A stretch of DNA of 64,000 nt, from positions 5,472,001-5,536,000 of the forward strand of contig CAWAIF010000003.1 of the NCBI GenBank assembly GCA_963782055.1, given 5' to 3'. Source of the stretch: an uncultured delta proteobacterium (GTDB taxonomy: Bacteria; Myxococcota_A; Polyangia; Polyangiales; Polyangiaceae). The position numbers and the translations under genes were made by a program. Each line of letters starts with the position of its first letter. The stretch's first letter is position 1. The notes beneath the pieces are model-generated. The model had not been told where the DNA came from. It saw only the letters and a list, made by a program, of their open reading frames with translations, and searched no databases. This document shows, piece after piece, positions 27,997 through 38,921 of this stretch.

Positions 27997-29067
27997 TCAG
28001 ACGGCGCCGCGCTCGATCGCCGCCGCCGCGGTGCGGGACAGGATCTGCACGCCGGCGATCATGGCGGCGAAGCGCTCGTCGTGGGTCAGGCCCTTCTTGT
28101 ATCTTGCATAGATCTGCTGCGCGACGACCGCCGTCTTGAAGAGCGCGAAGGCGTAGTAGAAGAGCATGCGCGAGACGTCGCGCCCGGTCTTCTCGGCGTA
28201 GCGCGCGACGATCTCCCGGCGACCCAGGCCGCCGGGCGCGGCCGTCGGGCCGAAGGCGAAGGCCTTGACCATCTCGTCGTCGCCCGCCTCCACCCAGTAG
28301 GAGAGCGCGGTGCCCAGGTCCATGAGCGGATCCCCGATGGTGGACATCTCCCAGTCGAGCACGCCCACGATGCGCGTCAGGTCCGCCTCGTCCAGCACCA
28401 GGTTGTCGTACTTCCAGTCGTTGTGGAGGATCGTCGGCGCCGCGGAGGCGGGCAGGTTCTTCTTCAGCCACTCCGCGACCGAGAGCACGTCGGGCACGTC
28501 GTCGGTCTGCGCGGCGACGTAGCGCTCGCTCCAGCCGGTCACCTGCCGCTCCACGTAACCCTCCGGCTTGCCCAGGTCGAGCAGGCCGTGCTCCTCCAGG
28601 TCGATGGCGTGCAGCTCGGCGAGGCCGTCCACCAGCGACTCGGAGAGACGCCGCGCCGTCGCCTCGTGCAGCGTCACGCCCTTCGGCGAGGGGCCGCGCA
28701 GGATGACGCCGCGCACGCGCTCCATCACGTAGAAGGGCGCGCCGAGCACGTCGTCTTCGTCGCACCGGGCGACCACGCGTGGCGCCTTGTCGTAGAAGGG
28801 CGCGAGGCGGGTGAGCATGCGCACCTCGCGGCTCATGTCGTGCGCGGTCTTCACCTTGTTCCCGAAGGGGGGCCGCCGGAGCACCAGCTCCCGCCCCTTG
28901 GCGCGCACCAGGTACGTCAGGTTGGAGTGCCCGCCGGGGAACTGCTCGATCGCGAGGTCGCCCGCGGCGAGCGGCGCCAGCGCAGGTACTTGACGGGTCA
29001 AGTATTGCGCGAGGGCGGCGGCGTCGAGCTCCTCGCCGGCGCGGACGGGGCGCGTGGCGTCGATCAT
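27997..29067 (-). CDS. APH-family phosphotransferase (ACAD10/11 N-terminal-like)
   Basis: 'GGHSNLTY', 'LVLRRPP', 'AHDMSRE', 'HNDWKYDN', '[15 protein letters not shown]'. Confidence 0.93.
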   Translation of the reverse strand: MIDATRPVRAGEELDAAALAQYLTRQVPALAPLAAGDLAIEQFPGGHSNLTYLVRAKGRELVLRRPPFGNKVKTAHDMSREVRMLTRLAPFYDKAPRVVARCDEDDVLGAPFYVMERVRGVILRGPSPKGVTLHEATARRLSESLVDGLAELHAIDLEEHGLLDLGKPEGYVERQVTGWSERYVAAQTDDVPDVLSVAEWLKKNLPASAAPTILHNDWKYDNLVLDEADLTRIVGVLDWEMSTIGDPLMDLGTALSYWVEAGDDEMVKAFAFGPTAAPGGLGRREIVARYAEKTGRDVSRMLFYYAFALFKTAVVAQQIYARYKKGLTHDERFAAMIAGVQILSRTAAAAIERGAV

Positions 29068-29083
29068 GGCCCCCAGCGTACCC

Positions 29084-29995
29084 TCACCCCGCGGGCGGCG
29101 AGTAGCGCTCCGCGACGGCCTTGCCCATCGCGTGGTAGCCCTTGTCCACGTAGACCACCGACGCGGTGATGCCGCTCCCGAGGGGGCTGCAGAGGAACGC
29201 CGCGGTGGCGCCCACGTCCTCGGCGGCGATGGGCTCGGGGAGCGGGGAGTTCTCCTTCGCGTACTCGACCATCGCGTCGATGATGCCGATCGCGCTGGCC
29301 GCGCGCGAGGCCCACGGCCCGGCGGAGATGGTGTTGACGCGCAGCCCCCACTTGCGGCCCGCCTCGAAGGCGAGCACGCGCGTGTCGCTCTCCAGCGCGG
29401 CCTTCGCGGTGGACATGCCGCCGCCGTAGCCGGGGATGACGCGCTCGCTCGCCATGTAGGTGAGGGAGACGAAGGACCCGCCCGGCCGCATGAGCGGGCC
29501 GAAGCGCGAGACCATCGAGACCATGGAGTAGGCGCTCACGCCGATGGCGGTGAGGTAGCCCTCGCGCGAGGTCTCCAGCAGCGGCTTCTTCACCTCCGGG
29601 CCGTTGGCGAGGGAGTGCACGACGATGTCCACCGGGTTCTCGCCGAAGTCCGCCACCACCTGCTTCGCCAGCCCCTCGACGGTGAAGTCCCCGCGTGTGG
29701 CGTAGCGCTTGCTCGTGCGCACCTCCTCCGGCACCTGCGCGAGGGTGTCGTACGCCGCGTCGAAGGGGTAGATCTTCTCGAACTGGAGGAGCTTGCCGTC
29801 CTTCATCTTGCGCGAGGCGTCCAGCTTCCCGCGCGCGAGGAGGGTCGTCAGGATGTTGTACGCCGGCGGCCAGGTCCCCAGACAGACCGTCGCCCCCGCC
29901 TCGGCGAGAGACTTGGCGATCGCGAACCCGAAGCCCCCATCGTCCGCGACGCCCGCGACGAGCGCGCGCTTGCCCGTGAGATCGATGCTCAGCAT
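29084..29995 (-). CDS. fabI: Enoyl-ACP reductase, plastid/chlamydial-type FabI
   Basis: '[10 protein letters not shown]', 'HSLANGPEV', '[15 protein letters not shown]', '[14 protein letters not shown]'. Confidence 0.92.
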   Translation of the reverse strand: MLSIDLTGKRALVAGVADDGGFGFAIAKSLAEAGATVCLGTWPPAYNILTTLLARGKLDASRKMKDGKLLQFEKIYPFDAAYDTLAQVPEEVRTSKRYATRGDFTVEGLAKQVVADFGENPVDIVVHSLANGPEVKKPLLETSREGYLTAIGVSAYSMVSMVSRFGPLMRPGGSFVSLTYMASERVIPGYGGGMSTAKAALESDTRVLAFEAGRKWGLRVNTISAGPWASRAASAIGIIDAMVEYAKENSPLPEPIAAEDVGATAAFLCSPLGSGITASVVYVDKGYHAMGKAVAERYSPPAG

Positions 29996-30047
29996 GGTGG
30001 GCCGGGGTTTTCGCCCAGGTCATGCCCCGACGCAAGGGCCACGCGGC

Positions 30048-31253
30048 CTAGCCCACCTCCAGCCCGTAGCCCCGGAGGATCCGCTTCGCCACGGAGGCCT
30101 TGTGCACCTCGTCGGCGCCATCGTAGATGCGCGAGGCGCGCTCGAAGCGCCAGAAGCTGGCCAGCGGGGTGTCGTCGGTCATGCCCAGCGCGCCGTGTGT
30201 CTGGATCGCGCGGTCTATCGTCTTCATCAGCACGTCCGACGCGAAGAACTTCACCATCGAGATCTCCTCCCGCGCCGCGTACGCGCCCTCCTTCTCCATC
30301 TTCCAGGCGGCGTGCAGGATCATCAGGCGCGCGGCGTGGATCTCCGCCCGGCACTCGGCGATCCACTGCTGCACCATCTGCCGCGTCCCGAGCGGCTTGC
30401 CCGGCGCGATCATCCGCTTCGCCGCGCGCGCGCACATCAGCTCGAAGCTGCGCTCGCAGATGCCCATCCAGCGCATGCAGTGGTGAATGCGCCCCGGGCC
30501 CAGGCGCTCCTGCGCGATGAGGAAGCCCGCCCCCTCCTCCCCCAGGCGGTTGGTGACCGGCACGCGCACGCCCTCGAAGCTCAGCTCCGCGTGGCTCGGC
30601 CAGTCCTCGCCGGCGTGCCCCATCACCGAGACGTTGCGCACCGTCCTCAGGCCGGGCGCGTCCATCGGCACCAGGATCTGGCTCGCGCGCAGGTGCGGCG
30701 CGGCGCCGGGGTTGGTGACCGCCATCACGATGGTGAAGGCCGCGCCGTCGGCGCCGGTGGTGAACCACTTGCGGCCGTCGATGACGTAGTCGTCGCCGTC
30801 GCGCCGGGCGGTCGTCTCCAGCCACGTGGGGTTGGAGCCCGCCGCCTCCGGCTCGGTCATGGCGAAGCAGCTGCGCACGTCGCCCTCCACGAGCGGACGC
30901 AGCCAGCGCGCCTTCTGCTCGTCGGAGCCGAACTGCATCAGGATCTCCATGTTCCCTGCGTCGGGCGCCTGGCAGTTGAAGGCGTAGTGGCCGAGCGGCG
31001 TGCGCCCCAGCTCCTCGCTGACGCGGGCGTGTTCCATGAGGGACAGGCCCATGCCGCCCCACTCCTTCGGGAGCTGCGGCGCCCAGAGGCCCATGCGCTT
31101 GACCTCGGCGCGCGCCTCCCGGAGCTCCGGCAGGATGGCGCGGAAGGACCCGCGCTCGCCGTACAGCCGCTCGATGGGATACAGCCGCTCCTCGACGAAG
31201 GCGCGGACGGTCTTCAGGGTGGGGGCGAGGGTTTCGGGGAGAGAGAAGTCCAT
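30048..31253 (-). CDS. Acyl-CoA dehydrogenase (ACAD11-like)
   Basis: 'NCQAPDAGNMEIL', 'FAMTEP', 'RLGPGRIHHCMR', 'RIYDGADEVH'. Confidence 0.95.
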   Translation of the reverse strand: MDFSLPETLAPTLKTVRAFVEERLYPIERLYGERGSFRAILPELREARAEVKRMGLWAPQLPKEWGGMGLSLMEHARVSEELGRTPLGHYAFNCQAPDAGNMEILMQFGSDEQKARWLRPLVEGDVRSCFAMTEPEAAGSNPTWLETTARRDGDDYVIDGRKWFTTGADGAAFTIVMAVTNPGAAPHLRASQILVPMDAPGLRTVRNVSVMGHAGEDWPSHAELSFEGVRVPVTNRLGEEGAGFLIAQERLGPGRIHHCMRWMGICERSFELMCARAAKRMIAPGKPLGTRQMVQQWIAECRAEIHAARLMILHAAWKMEKEGAYAAREEISMVKFFASDVLMKTIDRAIQTHGALGMTDDTPLASFWRFERASRIYDGADEVHKASVAKRILRGYGLEVG

Positions 31254-31256
31254 GGG

Positions 31257-32693
31257 TCACCCGTTGAAATCGTGCGCCGCGATGACGACCAGGTCCTCGC
31301 CCTTCGCGAGGCGGACGTCGCCGGGGTTGATGCGTGTCTTGCCGTCCTTGCCGATGACGGCGACGAGCGTGACGTTGTGCGTCTTCTTCATCTCGAGGAA
31401 CAGGTCGAAGTACGACATCCCGACCCACTCCTTCTTCACCGCCAGGCGCGAGAACTTGTGGCCGTACTCGTAGGTGAGGAGTTCGTTGAAGACGCTGGAG
31501 ACGCCACGGTTGAGCGCGGCCTGAGCGAGCAAGAAGGCGCTGTGCTCGCCGCCCACCACGAAGTCGTCCACGCTCCCCAGCGCCAGGTGCGGCGCGTACT
31601 CGCGCCGGTTGAGCTCCGCGCAGGTGTAGACCCTGGGGTTGAGCTTCTCCACCGTGAGCGCGCCCAGGATGGTGCGGGCGTCGGCGTCGCGCTCGCTGCG
31701 TCCGCGGCTGGTGTCGGAGAGCAGGATGCACGTGGTGGCGCGGCGCACGCCGGCGCGCTCGAGCGCCGAGACCTTGGTGAAGTCGTCGTCGACGAAGATG
31801 ACGCGGGAGCGCAGCGCGGGGTCGATGCGCGGCGTGCCGCCGTCGAACCGCGCGAGCACGACGATGGGCGTCGGGTCCCCCTTCCGCGCGCTCTCGCACT
31901 CGCGCACGATGATCTCCGCCTTGCGGTTCCACCCGCACAGGATGATGTGCCCCTCCAGCTCCTCCAGGTCCACGCCGCCTCCTTCCGCCCCGCGCAGCCG
32001 CTGCGACACCACGGCCGAGACCGTGCCGGTGAAGACGGCGAAGGTGCTCAGGCCCACGAAGATCAGTAGCAAGCTCACCACGCGACCGCCGAGCGTCAGC
32101 GGGGGATCCGGCGTCGGCTGGGTGGCGAAGATGGAGTACAGGCTGAACCAGAACGCCTGACCGAAGGTGTGGAGCTCCGGGTTGTCCTGCCCCTCGAAGG
32201 CGAGCAGCGCCGCGGTGGCGGTGACCGCGGTCAGGCCGATCGCCGCGGCCAGACCGAACGCGCGGCTGGCGGTGTTGCGCCGCGGGATCCCCGGGATGGC
32301 CGGGAGCCGGCGCATGCTGGCGACCATCGTGGGCACGCGCAGGAGCCGGAGCAGGCGCGTCGCCGGGTAGGCGGCCGCCAGCCCGGGGGCGACCGAGGCG
32401 ACCGCCACCAGGTCCGACCAGTGCTCGCGCAGGAAGCGCCCGGTGGTTGAGGAAGCGCGCCAGCGCAGGGCGAGCTCCACGGCGAACACGGCGGCGAAGC
32501 CCACCGAGAGCCGGCGGAGCAGCCCGCCCGCGGTGGAGGCCTCGCCCACGGCGATCTCGGTCACCGTGAGGCCCACCCACGCGACAATCAGGCCCACGGT
32601 CGCGAGGTGAAAGGCCGGCCGGGACACGAGCCTGCGCGCGCGGGAGGGGCGCGCCCCGTCGCCTTCGATGCGCGGCTGCTTCGCGGGCGCCAC
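31257..32693 (-). CDS. Ion channel protein with TrkA/RCK domains
   Basis: TM segments, S4-like 'RLLRLLR', pore-helix region 'AFWFSLYSIF', 'HIILCGWN', 'DADARTIL'. Confidence 0.85.
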   Translation of the reverse strand: MAPAKQPRIEGDGARPSRARRLVSRPAFHLATVGLIVAWVGLTVTEIAVGEASTAGGLLRRLSVGFAAVFAVELALRWRASSTTGRFLREHWSDLVAVASVAPGLAAAYPATRLLRLLRVPTMVASMRRLPAIPGIPRRNTASRAFGLAAAIGLTAVTATAALLAFEGQDNPELHTFGQAFWFSLYSIFATQPTPDPPLTLGGRVVSLLLIFVGLSTFAVFTGTVSAVVSQRLRGAEGGGVDLEELEGHIILCGWNRKAEIIVRECESARKGDPTPIVVLARFDGGTPRIDPALRSRVIFVDDDFTKVSALERAGVRRATTCILLSDTSRGRSERDADARTILGALTVEKLNPRVYTCAELNRREYAPHLALGSVDDFVVGGEHSAFLLAQAALNRGVSSVFNELLTYEYGHKFSRLAVKKEWVGMSYFDLFLEMKKTHNVTLVAVIGKDGKTRINPGDVRLAKGEDLVVIAAHDFNG

Positions 32694-32781
32694 GGTCTGG
32701 CTATCGCATCGACCCGGGAGAAAGGAAAGACCCGAAGGCCGGGAACATGCCGTGGGGGGCAGAGCGTAGGAGGAGGACGAG

Positions 32782-34123
32782 AATGGAAGAGCGGCTCGCT
32801 TCGAAGCCCGGTGCCTGGCAACGCATGCGCCCCGCGCTGGGGGTCTCGTTTGCCGTGATTGGACTGAGCGCGGCGGCGTTCGGCCTGGCGGCGGGGGTCC
32901 GGACGTTCGCGGGGGCGGCCCTGCCCATCTCCACCCTCGGGTCCCTCCTCTCGCTCGCGGCCGTGGCGCTCGTGGCGCGCCGCGGCCGGAAGGGGCTCGC
33001 CCTCGCCGCCGGCAGCGTCACGCTCCTGGCGTGGGTCCCGGTGCTCGTCCTCGGCGCGCTCCGGGCGCTGTCCGCGCCCATCGCCACCACCGAGGTGATG
33101 TGCGGCATGGCGCAGCTCGGCCTCCTCGTGCTGGTGCCGCTCGGGGTGATGGTCGCCTGGACGATCCTCGCCCCCGTCGCGACGGTGACCGCGCTGGTGG
33201 GGCGGCGGGGGCGACTCCTCGTGGAGGCGGTCGCGGTCGCCGTCACCGCCGCCGGGATGGCGGTCGCGTTCCTCGGCGTGGCCGCGTCGCGGTGGCCAGC
33301 ACCGGACGCCTACCTCTCCACCTTGCGGACGGTGCCTCTCGCGCAGGGCAGCCAGGCCGTCGGCCCGTGGGCGGTCGACTACGGCGGGCGCGCCGCGCGC
33401 GAGCCCATCCGCGATCCGGACTACACCTGCGACCTGACGGTGCAGCGCCGGTCGCGCAGCCGCACCGTCTCGGTGCTCGCGGGACGCGCGCCGTGCCCGC
33501 GCCTGTATGCGCACGTGGAGGCCCCCGCGGCGAGCGGCGAGGGCGGCGCGCGCGACCTCCTGGTGATCGACGGCAACCCGACGCCGCCGCCGGAGGACCG
33601 CGCGTCCTTCGTCACGGTGGGCGACGACGTGCTGGGCCAGCAGGACCTCGCCCCGTCCGACGTGCCGCACGCCCTCGGGCCGCCGCGCGGGTGGGTCGCG
33701 GGCGGCGTGGCCGGCGCGCTGGTCGCCCTCGCCGCGCTCCTCGCCGCGTGGCGCGTCCGCCGCCGCGCTCGATCGCTGCAGAATGCACGCGATGCGGTGC
33801 ACGCCGGCGACGGCTGGGTGACGCTCCGGGCGCCCGCGGCGGGCGGCGTGGACGGCCCCGGCACCGACGGTGCGCCCCGTCACGTGCCGGCGCTGGTGGG
33901 CATGCCCGCAGGCCCGGTGATGGTGGTCGCGCGCCGCGGGGGCGGCGCCACCGCCTACCGCGATGACGGGCGGGTGGACGTGGTGCTCGCGGGCGCCGGC
34001 ACGAAAGCGGAGGCCCTCGCCGGCGTGGCGTCCATGCGCCTCGGGCTGGCCGCCTTCGCCATCGCCGCCGTGCTCCTCACACAGGCCGTGCTGTGGGCCG
34101 CCCGGCTGCGCGGCCTGATGTGA
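32782..34123 (+). CDS. Hypothetical membrane protein
   Basis: GGAGG RBS; several hydrophobic segments. Confidence 0.65.
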
Positions 34124-34265
34124 ACGGGCGTCGGCGCGAGGTGTGACGATCCGGCCGCAGAACGGCCCGGCGGGGTGTGGCGGCGCGCCGGTCGCGGCCC
34201 GAAATCCGCCGCACATCCGGCGGCTTGTGAAGAACGGCGCGGCCTGTCCGTCCATCCAATCGGCG

Positions 34266-34281
34266 CGGCCTGTCGCTTGCA
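34266..34281 (+). promoter_or_regulatory. sigma54 promoter candidate
   Basis: CGGCCTGTCGCTTGCA, GG-N10-GC; upstream inverted repeat TGTGGCGG..CCGCCGCACA could be an enhancer site. Confidence 0.5.
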
Positions 34282-34342
34282 ACGCCGCTCTTTCCCGCCG
34301 CCGACTGGGCGCAGGCACCCTTTTGTGACATAAGAGGAACCG

Positions 34343-34924
34343 ATGTCGTCTCTTTCCCTACCGCGCCTCTTCACCCCGGCGAAGGTACTGGGCGTCCTGG
34401 TCGCCCTGGCAGCGACCATCCCCACGGCGACCGCGTCGGCGAGCACGCCGACGTTCGGCGCGTACGACGTGCCGACGGTCTTCTTCATCAACAAGAGCGA
34501 CGATCACAACCGCGTCGACTACGCCATCCACCTGACCGATCACTGCGCTCCCAAGGACGACGACGCCGTCTTCCCGTACTGGCGCGAGTTCGAGCACGCG
34601 CCCCCGGTCCGCATCCACACGCTGGGACTGTTCGAGTACGCCGCCTACGGCTTCGCCGACCAGCACATGCTCCACCGCACCCTCACCGGCGGCGAGCAGT
34701 TCATGAAGCTCAAGCAGTTCGACCGCGGCATCTTCATCGTCACCAAGAAGGAAGCGGATGGGAAGTGCAGCGCGAAGGCGTACGCCACCATCGGCGGCGT
34801 CGAGGGCGCGCAGCTGGACAGCATCTACGTGAAGCTCGCCGGCGCGCTCAGCGTGGACTACGTCGAGGTCCACGGGAAGAACCCGCAGACCGGCGCGGCG
34901 ATCGAAGAGCGCCTGAAGCGCTGA
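34343..34924 (+). CDS. Secreted DUF4833-like protein
   Basis: 'FFINKSDDHNRVDY', 'PYW', 'LFEYAAYG', 'VDYVEVHG'. Confidence 0.75.
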   Translation: MSSLSLPRLFTPAKVLGVLVALAATIPTATASASTPTFGAYDVPTVFFINKSDDHNRVDYAIHLTDHCAPKDDDAVFPYWREFEHAPPVRIHTLGLFEYAAYGFADQHMLHRTLTGGEQFMKLKQFDRGIFIVTKKEADGKCSAKAYATIGGVEGAQLDSIYVKLAGALSVDYVEVHGKNPQTGAAIEERLKR

Positions 34925-34943
34925 GCAAGCAAGCGCCGGCCAC

Positions 34944-35483
34944 TCACCCGGCGGCGGCGTCGCGGATGGAGGAGTCCGGCGCGACGTCATCGCCCTCACC
35001 GTCGGAGGCCTCACCCCCGACGACCTTCATCCACATCGCGCTCTGCTCGCCGGTGTAGACGAGAGTCTCGCCCTGGAAGAAGCGGAACTCGTAGCGGGCG
35101 AACACCGACTTCTCGCTCCGGCGGATCTGGGTGACCTTGCCCTCCAGCACGAGCGGCTGATCCGTGCGCGCCAGGGCGCGGAACTTGGCGTCGTAGATGC
35201 GGCCGCCGTAGCCAATCCAGCCGTCGGCGTGCTTGAGGCCGAGCACGTAGTACGCGTGGACGAAGCCGACCATGCCCGTCATGTGGACCATCAGCCCGCC
35301 GGAGACGTGGCGGGGGTGACGGACCGGATGCGCCCGCTGCTCACGCGTCAGCGGCAGGTCGTCGTGCGTCGCCATGCGCACGCGCACGACGTGATTTTCG
35401 GCGTCGATCTCCAGGATCTCGTCGATGAGCAGGCCCCCTGGTCCGTAAGGGCAATCGGCGACGAACTCGGGGTCCAGCGGCAT
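34944..35483 (-). CDS. Hotdog-fold (FabA/FabZ-like) protein
   Basis: 'CPYGPGGLLIDEILE', 'H..H.P.HVSG', 'AKFR'. Confidence 0.7.
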   Translation of the reverse strand: MPLDPEFVADCPYGPGGLLIDEILEIDAENHVVRVRMATHDDLPLTREQRAHPVRHPRHVSGGLMVHMTGMVGFVHAYYVLGLKHADGWIGYGGRIYDAKFRALARTDQPLVLEGKVTQIRRSEKSVFARYEFRFFQGETLVYTGEQSAMWMKVVGGEASDGEGDDVAPDSSIRDAAAG

Positions 35484-35567
35484 GGCGGGGGTGTGTACCA
35501 CACCTCCTCCCGGCGCGCGCATCGGGGGATGCCCCGGACCGTCAGCACGCTTGCGGTTCGACGAGTC

Positions 35568-36740
35568 TCACTCCCCGGTCGGCGCCTCGCGGTCCAGCTC
35601 GCCCAGGAGCAGCGCCATGAAGTGCACAAGGTTGGCCTGATCGCGCAGGCTGGGCTTGCCGTGCAGCTCCACGTGCTGGATGGCCGGCGAGACCAGCGCG
35701 TCCTGCACCGTCCCGGGTGGAGCATCCACCGCGAGCCAGCGCGTCTCCGACGCCGGGATGACGGTGTCGCCCGCGCCGTGGAGCAGGTACACGTGCGCGC
35801 GCAGGCCGCCGATGTTGCCGTGCGGCGAGACGCGCTTCATGCGGTCGGCCGCCTTGGTGATGGCCGCGAGGAGCTTCGGCCCGAGCACGTCCTCGCGGTG
35901 GTCGAAGACCAGCTCCATGGTGGCCTTGCCCGCCGGGGAGAGCCTCTGCGCCACCTTCCGCGCGTCGTCGAACTTCTCGTGCAGCCAGTCGCGGACCGCC
36001 TCCCGCGCCACCGCCACGTCTCTGTCGGGGAAGAAGAGCTGGATGTAGCTGTAGACCAGCACCACCGCGCCGTAGTCGTGGGCCTTGATGTGGAACTGGG
36101 TGCCGTCCGGCTCGGCGATGGTGGAGCTCACGAAGAAGCGCGACACCCTCGCGAGATCGTCGTGCGCGCCGACGGCGACCACGAAGTCGATCGCCGGGGC
36201 GAACTGCGGGTTGGAGGCGGCGAGCAGGGCGAGGCCCCCGGAGAAGCTCAGGCCCAGCACGCCCACGGCGGTGCGGTGCACGCGATCGCGCAGCTTCATC
36301 GCGGCGCGGCCGATGGTCACCGCGCTGCGCATGTCGACGCGGTAATCGGCCAGGTCGTCGAGCTGCGGGGTGAGGACCACCACGCCCGCCGAGGCGATGG
36401 TCCTCGCGAAGCGCTTCAGGCGCGGCTCCTCGATGCCCAGGTTGTGGATGCCATGGGAGATGACCAGCCCGGGGGGGTCGCTCACGCCTACCGGCAGGTA
36501 GTAGCGGGCGGGCATGGGGCCCTCCGGCGTGTCGACTGTCGTCTCCTCGGTCACGACGTCGTGGGCGCCGAAGGCGGCGAAGCCGGAGGGCCTGGTGTCC
36601 CCGGCCTCGAAGCGCAGCAGCAGGGCCGCGGCGCGGGCGTGCTGGCAGCCCGGCTGGACCGCGAAGAGGGAGAGCACCACGAGGAGGAGGAGCGCGCGCA
36701 GGCCCCTCTTGCGCTTGGGCTTGCGGCCTGGCGTGGGCAT
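35568..36740 (-). CDS. Alpha/beta hydrolase
   Basis: 'HGIH', nucleophile elbow 'GLSFSGG', 'LHGAGDTVIP'. Confidence 0.85.
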   Translation of the reverse strand: MPTPGRKPKRKRGLRALLLLVVLSLFAVQPGCQHARAAALLLRFEAGDTRPSGFAAFGAHDVVTEETTVDTPEGPMPARYYLPVGVSDPPGLVISHGIHNLGIEEPRLKRFARTIASAGVVVLTPQLDDLADYRVDMRSAVTIGRAAMKLRDRVHRTAVGVLGLSFSGGLALLAASNPQFAPAIDFVVAVGAHDDLARVSRFFVSSTIAEPDGTQFHIKAHDYGAVVLVYSYIQLFFPDRDVAVAREAVRDWLHEKFDDARKVAQRLSPAGKATMELVFDHREDVLGPKLLAAITKAADRMKRVSPHGNIGGLRAHVYLLHGAGDTVIPASETRWLAVDAPPGTVQDALVSPAIQHVELHGKPSLRDQANLVHFMALLLGELDREAPTGE

Positions 36741-36883
36741 CGGCAAGAGGATAGCACCGGCGCCGGAGCCGGCGGCTCATGCAAGGGGTGCGGCACCACG
36801 AAGGGGGTGCAGGCGGCCGCCGCACGTCACCACGGCGGACCCGCGGCGCGCTTTCGGCACGAAAGATGAAATGCCCCTGGGGC

Positions 36884-37279
36884 ATGAGCCCCACCATCCG
36901 GAAGTACATGACGAGCTCACCTCACTCGATCGGGCGCGACCAGACGCTGGCCACGGCGCATGAGATGATGCGCACCCACGACATCCGGCACCTGCCCGTG
37001 CTGGAGGGCGGCAAGCTCGTGGGCGTCGTGACCCAGCGCGACCTGCACCTCGTCGAGACGCTGCGCGACGTGGACCCCGACCAGGTGACGGTCGAGGACG
37101 CCATGAGCACGCAGGTCTACGCCGTGGAGCAGGACACACCGCTCGAGGAGGTGGTCTCCAACATGGCCGAGCACCGCTATGGCTCGGTCGTCGTGATGCA
37201 CGGACAGAAGGTCGTCGGCATCTTCACGACCACCGATGCCTGCAGGGCGCTCGCCGTGCTGCTCCACGAGCGGCGCTGA
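36884..37279 (+). CDS. CBS-domain pair protein
   Basis: 'IRHLPVL..GKLVGVVTQRDL', 'VVGIFTTTD'. Confidence 0.93.
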   Translation: MSPTIRKYMTSSPHSIGRDQTLATAHEMMRTHDIRHLPVLEGGKLVGVVTQRDLHLVETLRDVDPDQVTVEDAMSTQVYAVEQDTPLEEVVSNMAEHRYGSVVVMHGQKVVGIFTTTDACRALAVLLHERR

Positions 37280-37288
37280 GGGCGTCGC

Positions 37289-37822
37289 TCAGTATCCGCC
37301 CGACGGCGCCATCGCGACCACCGCGACGATGGCGATGGCGACGACGATGGCCCCGAGGACCACGCCGATGATCGTCGTCACGGCCTGGATGAGGAACGCC
37401 GAGCCGAGCTTCTGCATGGCCTGCATCATGTGCTCGATGTCGTTGCCCTGGGTGTTGACCACGGCGGACAGCGACTTGGCGACGCCGAGGAGGGTCACAC
37501 CGACGACGATGCCGACGATGCCGATCACCAGGTAGGCGATGAGCCCCGGGTTGAGGAAGAAGAGCATCCCCGAGAGCGTGTACAGGGCGCCGATGATGAC
37601 CGAGATGATCCCCCACAGGCGCGTGCGCCCCGCCGTCTTGGCGATGATGCCGTTCTCCAGGTCGTTGAACTCGTACTGCCCGTAGCCGTAGCCGCCACCG
37701 AAGCCGGCCTGCGGGTACCCGGGCTGCGGCCCGTAACCCTGCTGCTGCTGCTGGCCGTACCCACCCGGCTGCTGCTGTCCGTAGCCTCCTCCGCCCGGCG
37801 GCGGCTGCCATCCACCCTGCAT
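37289..37822 (-). CDS. Membrane protein with G/Q/P/Y-rich N-terminus
   Basis: AAGGGAG RBS; 'YEFNDLEN' followed by three TM helices. Confidence 0.75.
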   Translation of the reverse strand: MQGGWQPPPGGGGYGQQQPGGYGQQQQQGYGPQPGYPQAGFGGGYGYGQYEFNDLENGIIAKTAGRTRLWGIISVIIGALYTLSGMLFFLNPGLIAYLVIGIVGIVVGVTLLGVAKSLSAVVNTQGNDIEHMMQAMQKLGSAFLIQAVTTIIGVVLGAIVVAIAIVAVVAMAPSGGY

Positions 37823-37931
37823 CGCTGTCTCCCTTCCCGCGGCTTGATCGCCGGCACCCGGGGCCTCCCCGAGCAGCGCCCATACTAGCCTCGGCGGGGG
37901 GCGCACGGCGGCTTGATTGAGCCCGCATCCC

Positions 37932-38921
37932 CTACTTACATACCGAGAGGTCGGGCAGGGTGCACTTCGCGGCCTGGCACGTCGCCGGGTACAGGCATGT
38001 CGCGCCAGTCTGTCCGCCGCACGGCTGGCCATCGGCGGCGATGGTGCTGCACGTGCCCGCGCTGGCGAGCGTCGAGCACTGCGCGCCGCCGGAGCACTCG
38101 GTGAGGGCGCCGGTCTTGGCGTCGTAGCCGCAAGCCTGCCCGGGCGGAGCGAGGGCAATCTTGGCGCACTTGGAGGTCACCGTGTTGCAGAAGAGGCCCA
38201 GGGAGAAGCTGCAAACCGAGCCGCCCTGCGCCGAGCACGGGGCGCCCTCCGCCGCGGGCTGCGCGCAGTTGCCCTGATCGCAGACGAGGTCCAGCCGGCA
38301 GGGCGCGGCGAGGTTGTCGCACGAGGCGTTCAGCGCGCCGGGCTGGACGCACGTCCCGTTCGGGGAGCAGCGGAGGCCGTACTCGCAGGGGGCGCCGGTG
38401 CAGTCCTGGCCGAGGGCGACGCGCGCCACGCAGGTGCCGCAGCCGCTGGAGGCGCCGGGCTCGCAGCCGGTGCTCTGGCACTGGGCGTCGACGCCGCAGG
38501 CGTTGCCGTCCGCCACGGCCCCGGGTGACGCGCGGCATGCGTCGGGCGGCACGCCGCCGAGATCGTCGGCGCAGCTCTCCGCCGCGGTGGCCGCGGCGCA
38601 CGCGTCGAGGCTCGCCGCGGTCGCGCTGGCGCCGGGGAGCCCCTGGCCGAGCTGACAGGCGAGGGTGCGGCGCGCGACGCACGTGGCCATGTCGCCGTGG
38701 AGGTCCGAGAGGATGAAGGGGGAGCACTTCTGGATCTCGCCACAGATGGCCTTGGCCATGTCGGCGCAGGGCTGCGCGGCGGCGCCATCCGGCGGGGCGG
38801 CGTCGGCCTGGCTGTCGGCCCCCGCGTCCTCGCCGGGCTGCGAGCCTCCGTCCCCCCCGCACCCGACGAGGGCGGCGGCCGCGAGGACCGCCACCCACGC
38901 CGGCGCGCGCAGCGGGCTCAG
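37932..38921 (-). CDS. Cys-rich lipoprotein
   Basis: Lipobox 'LVGC', many Cys; start uncertain (CTG overlapping the upstream stop, or a downstream GTG). Confidence 0.75.
   Translation of the reverse strand: MSPLRAPAWVAVLAAAALVGCGGDGGSQPGEDAGADSQADAAPPDGAAAQPCADMAKAICGEIQKCSPFILSDLHGDMATCVARRTLACQLGQGLPGASATAASLDACAAATAAESCADDLGGVPPDACRASPGAVADGNACGVDAQCQSTGCEPGASSGCGTCVARVALGQDCTGAPCEYGLRCSPNGTCVQPGALNASCDNLAAPCRLDLVCDQGNCAQPAAEGAPCSAQGGSVCSFSLGLFCNTVTSKCAKIALAPPGQACGYDAKTGALTECSGGAQCSTLASAGTCSTIAADGQPCGGQTGATCLYPATCQAAKCTLPDLSVCK

Noticed and set aside
18928..35483. fabH, fabI and the hotdog-fold gene as a biosynthetic cluster
   Set aside because: They are scattered among unrelated genes, with no ACP, PKS or NRPS.
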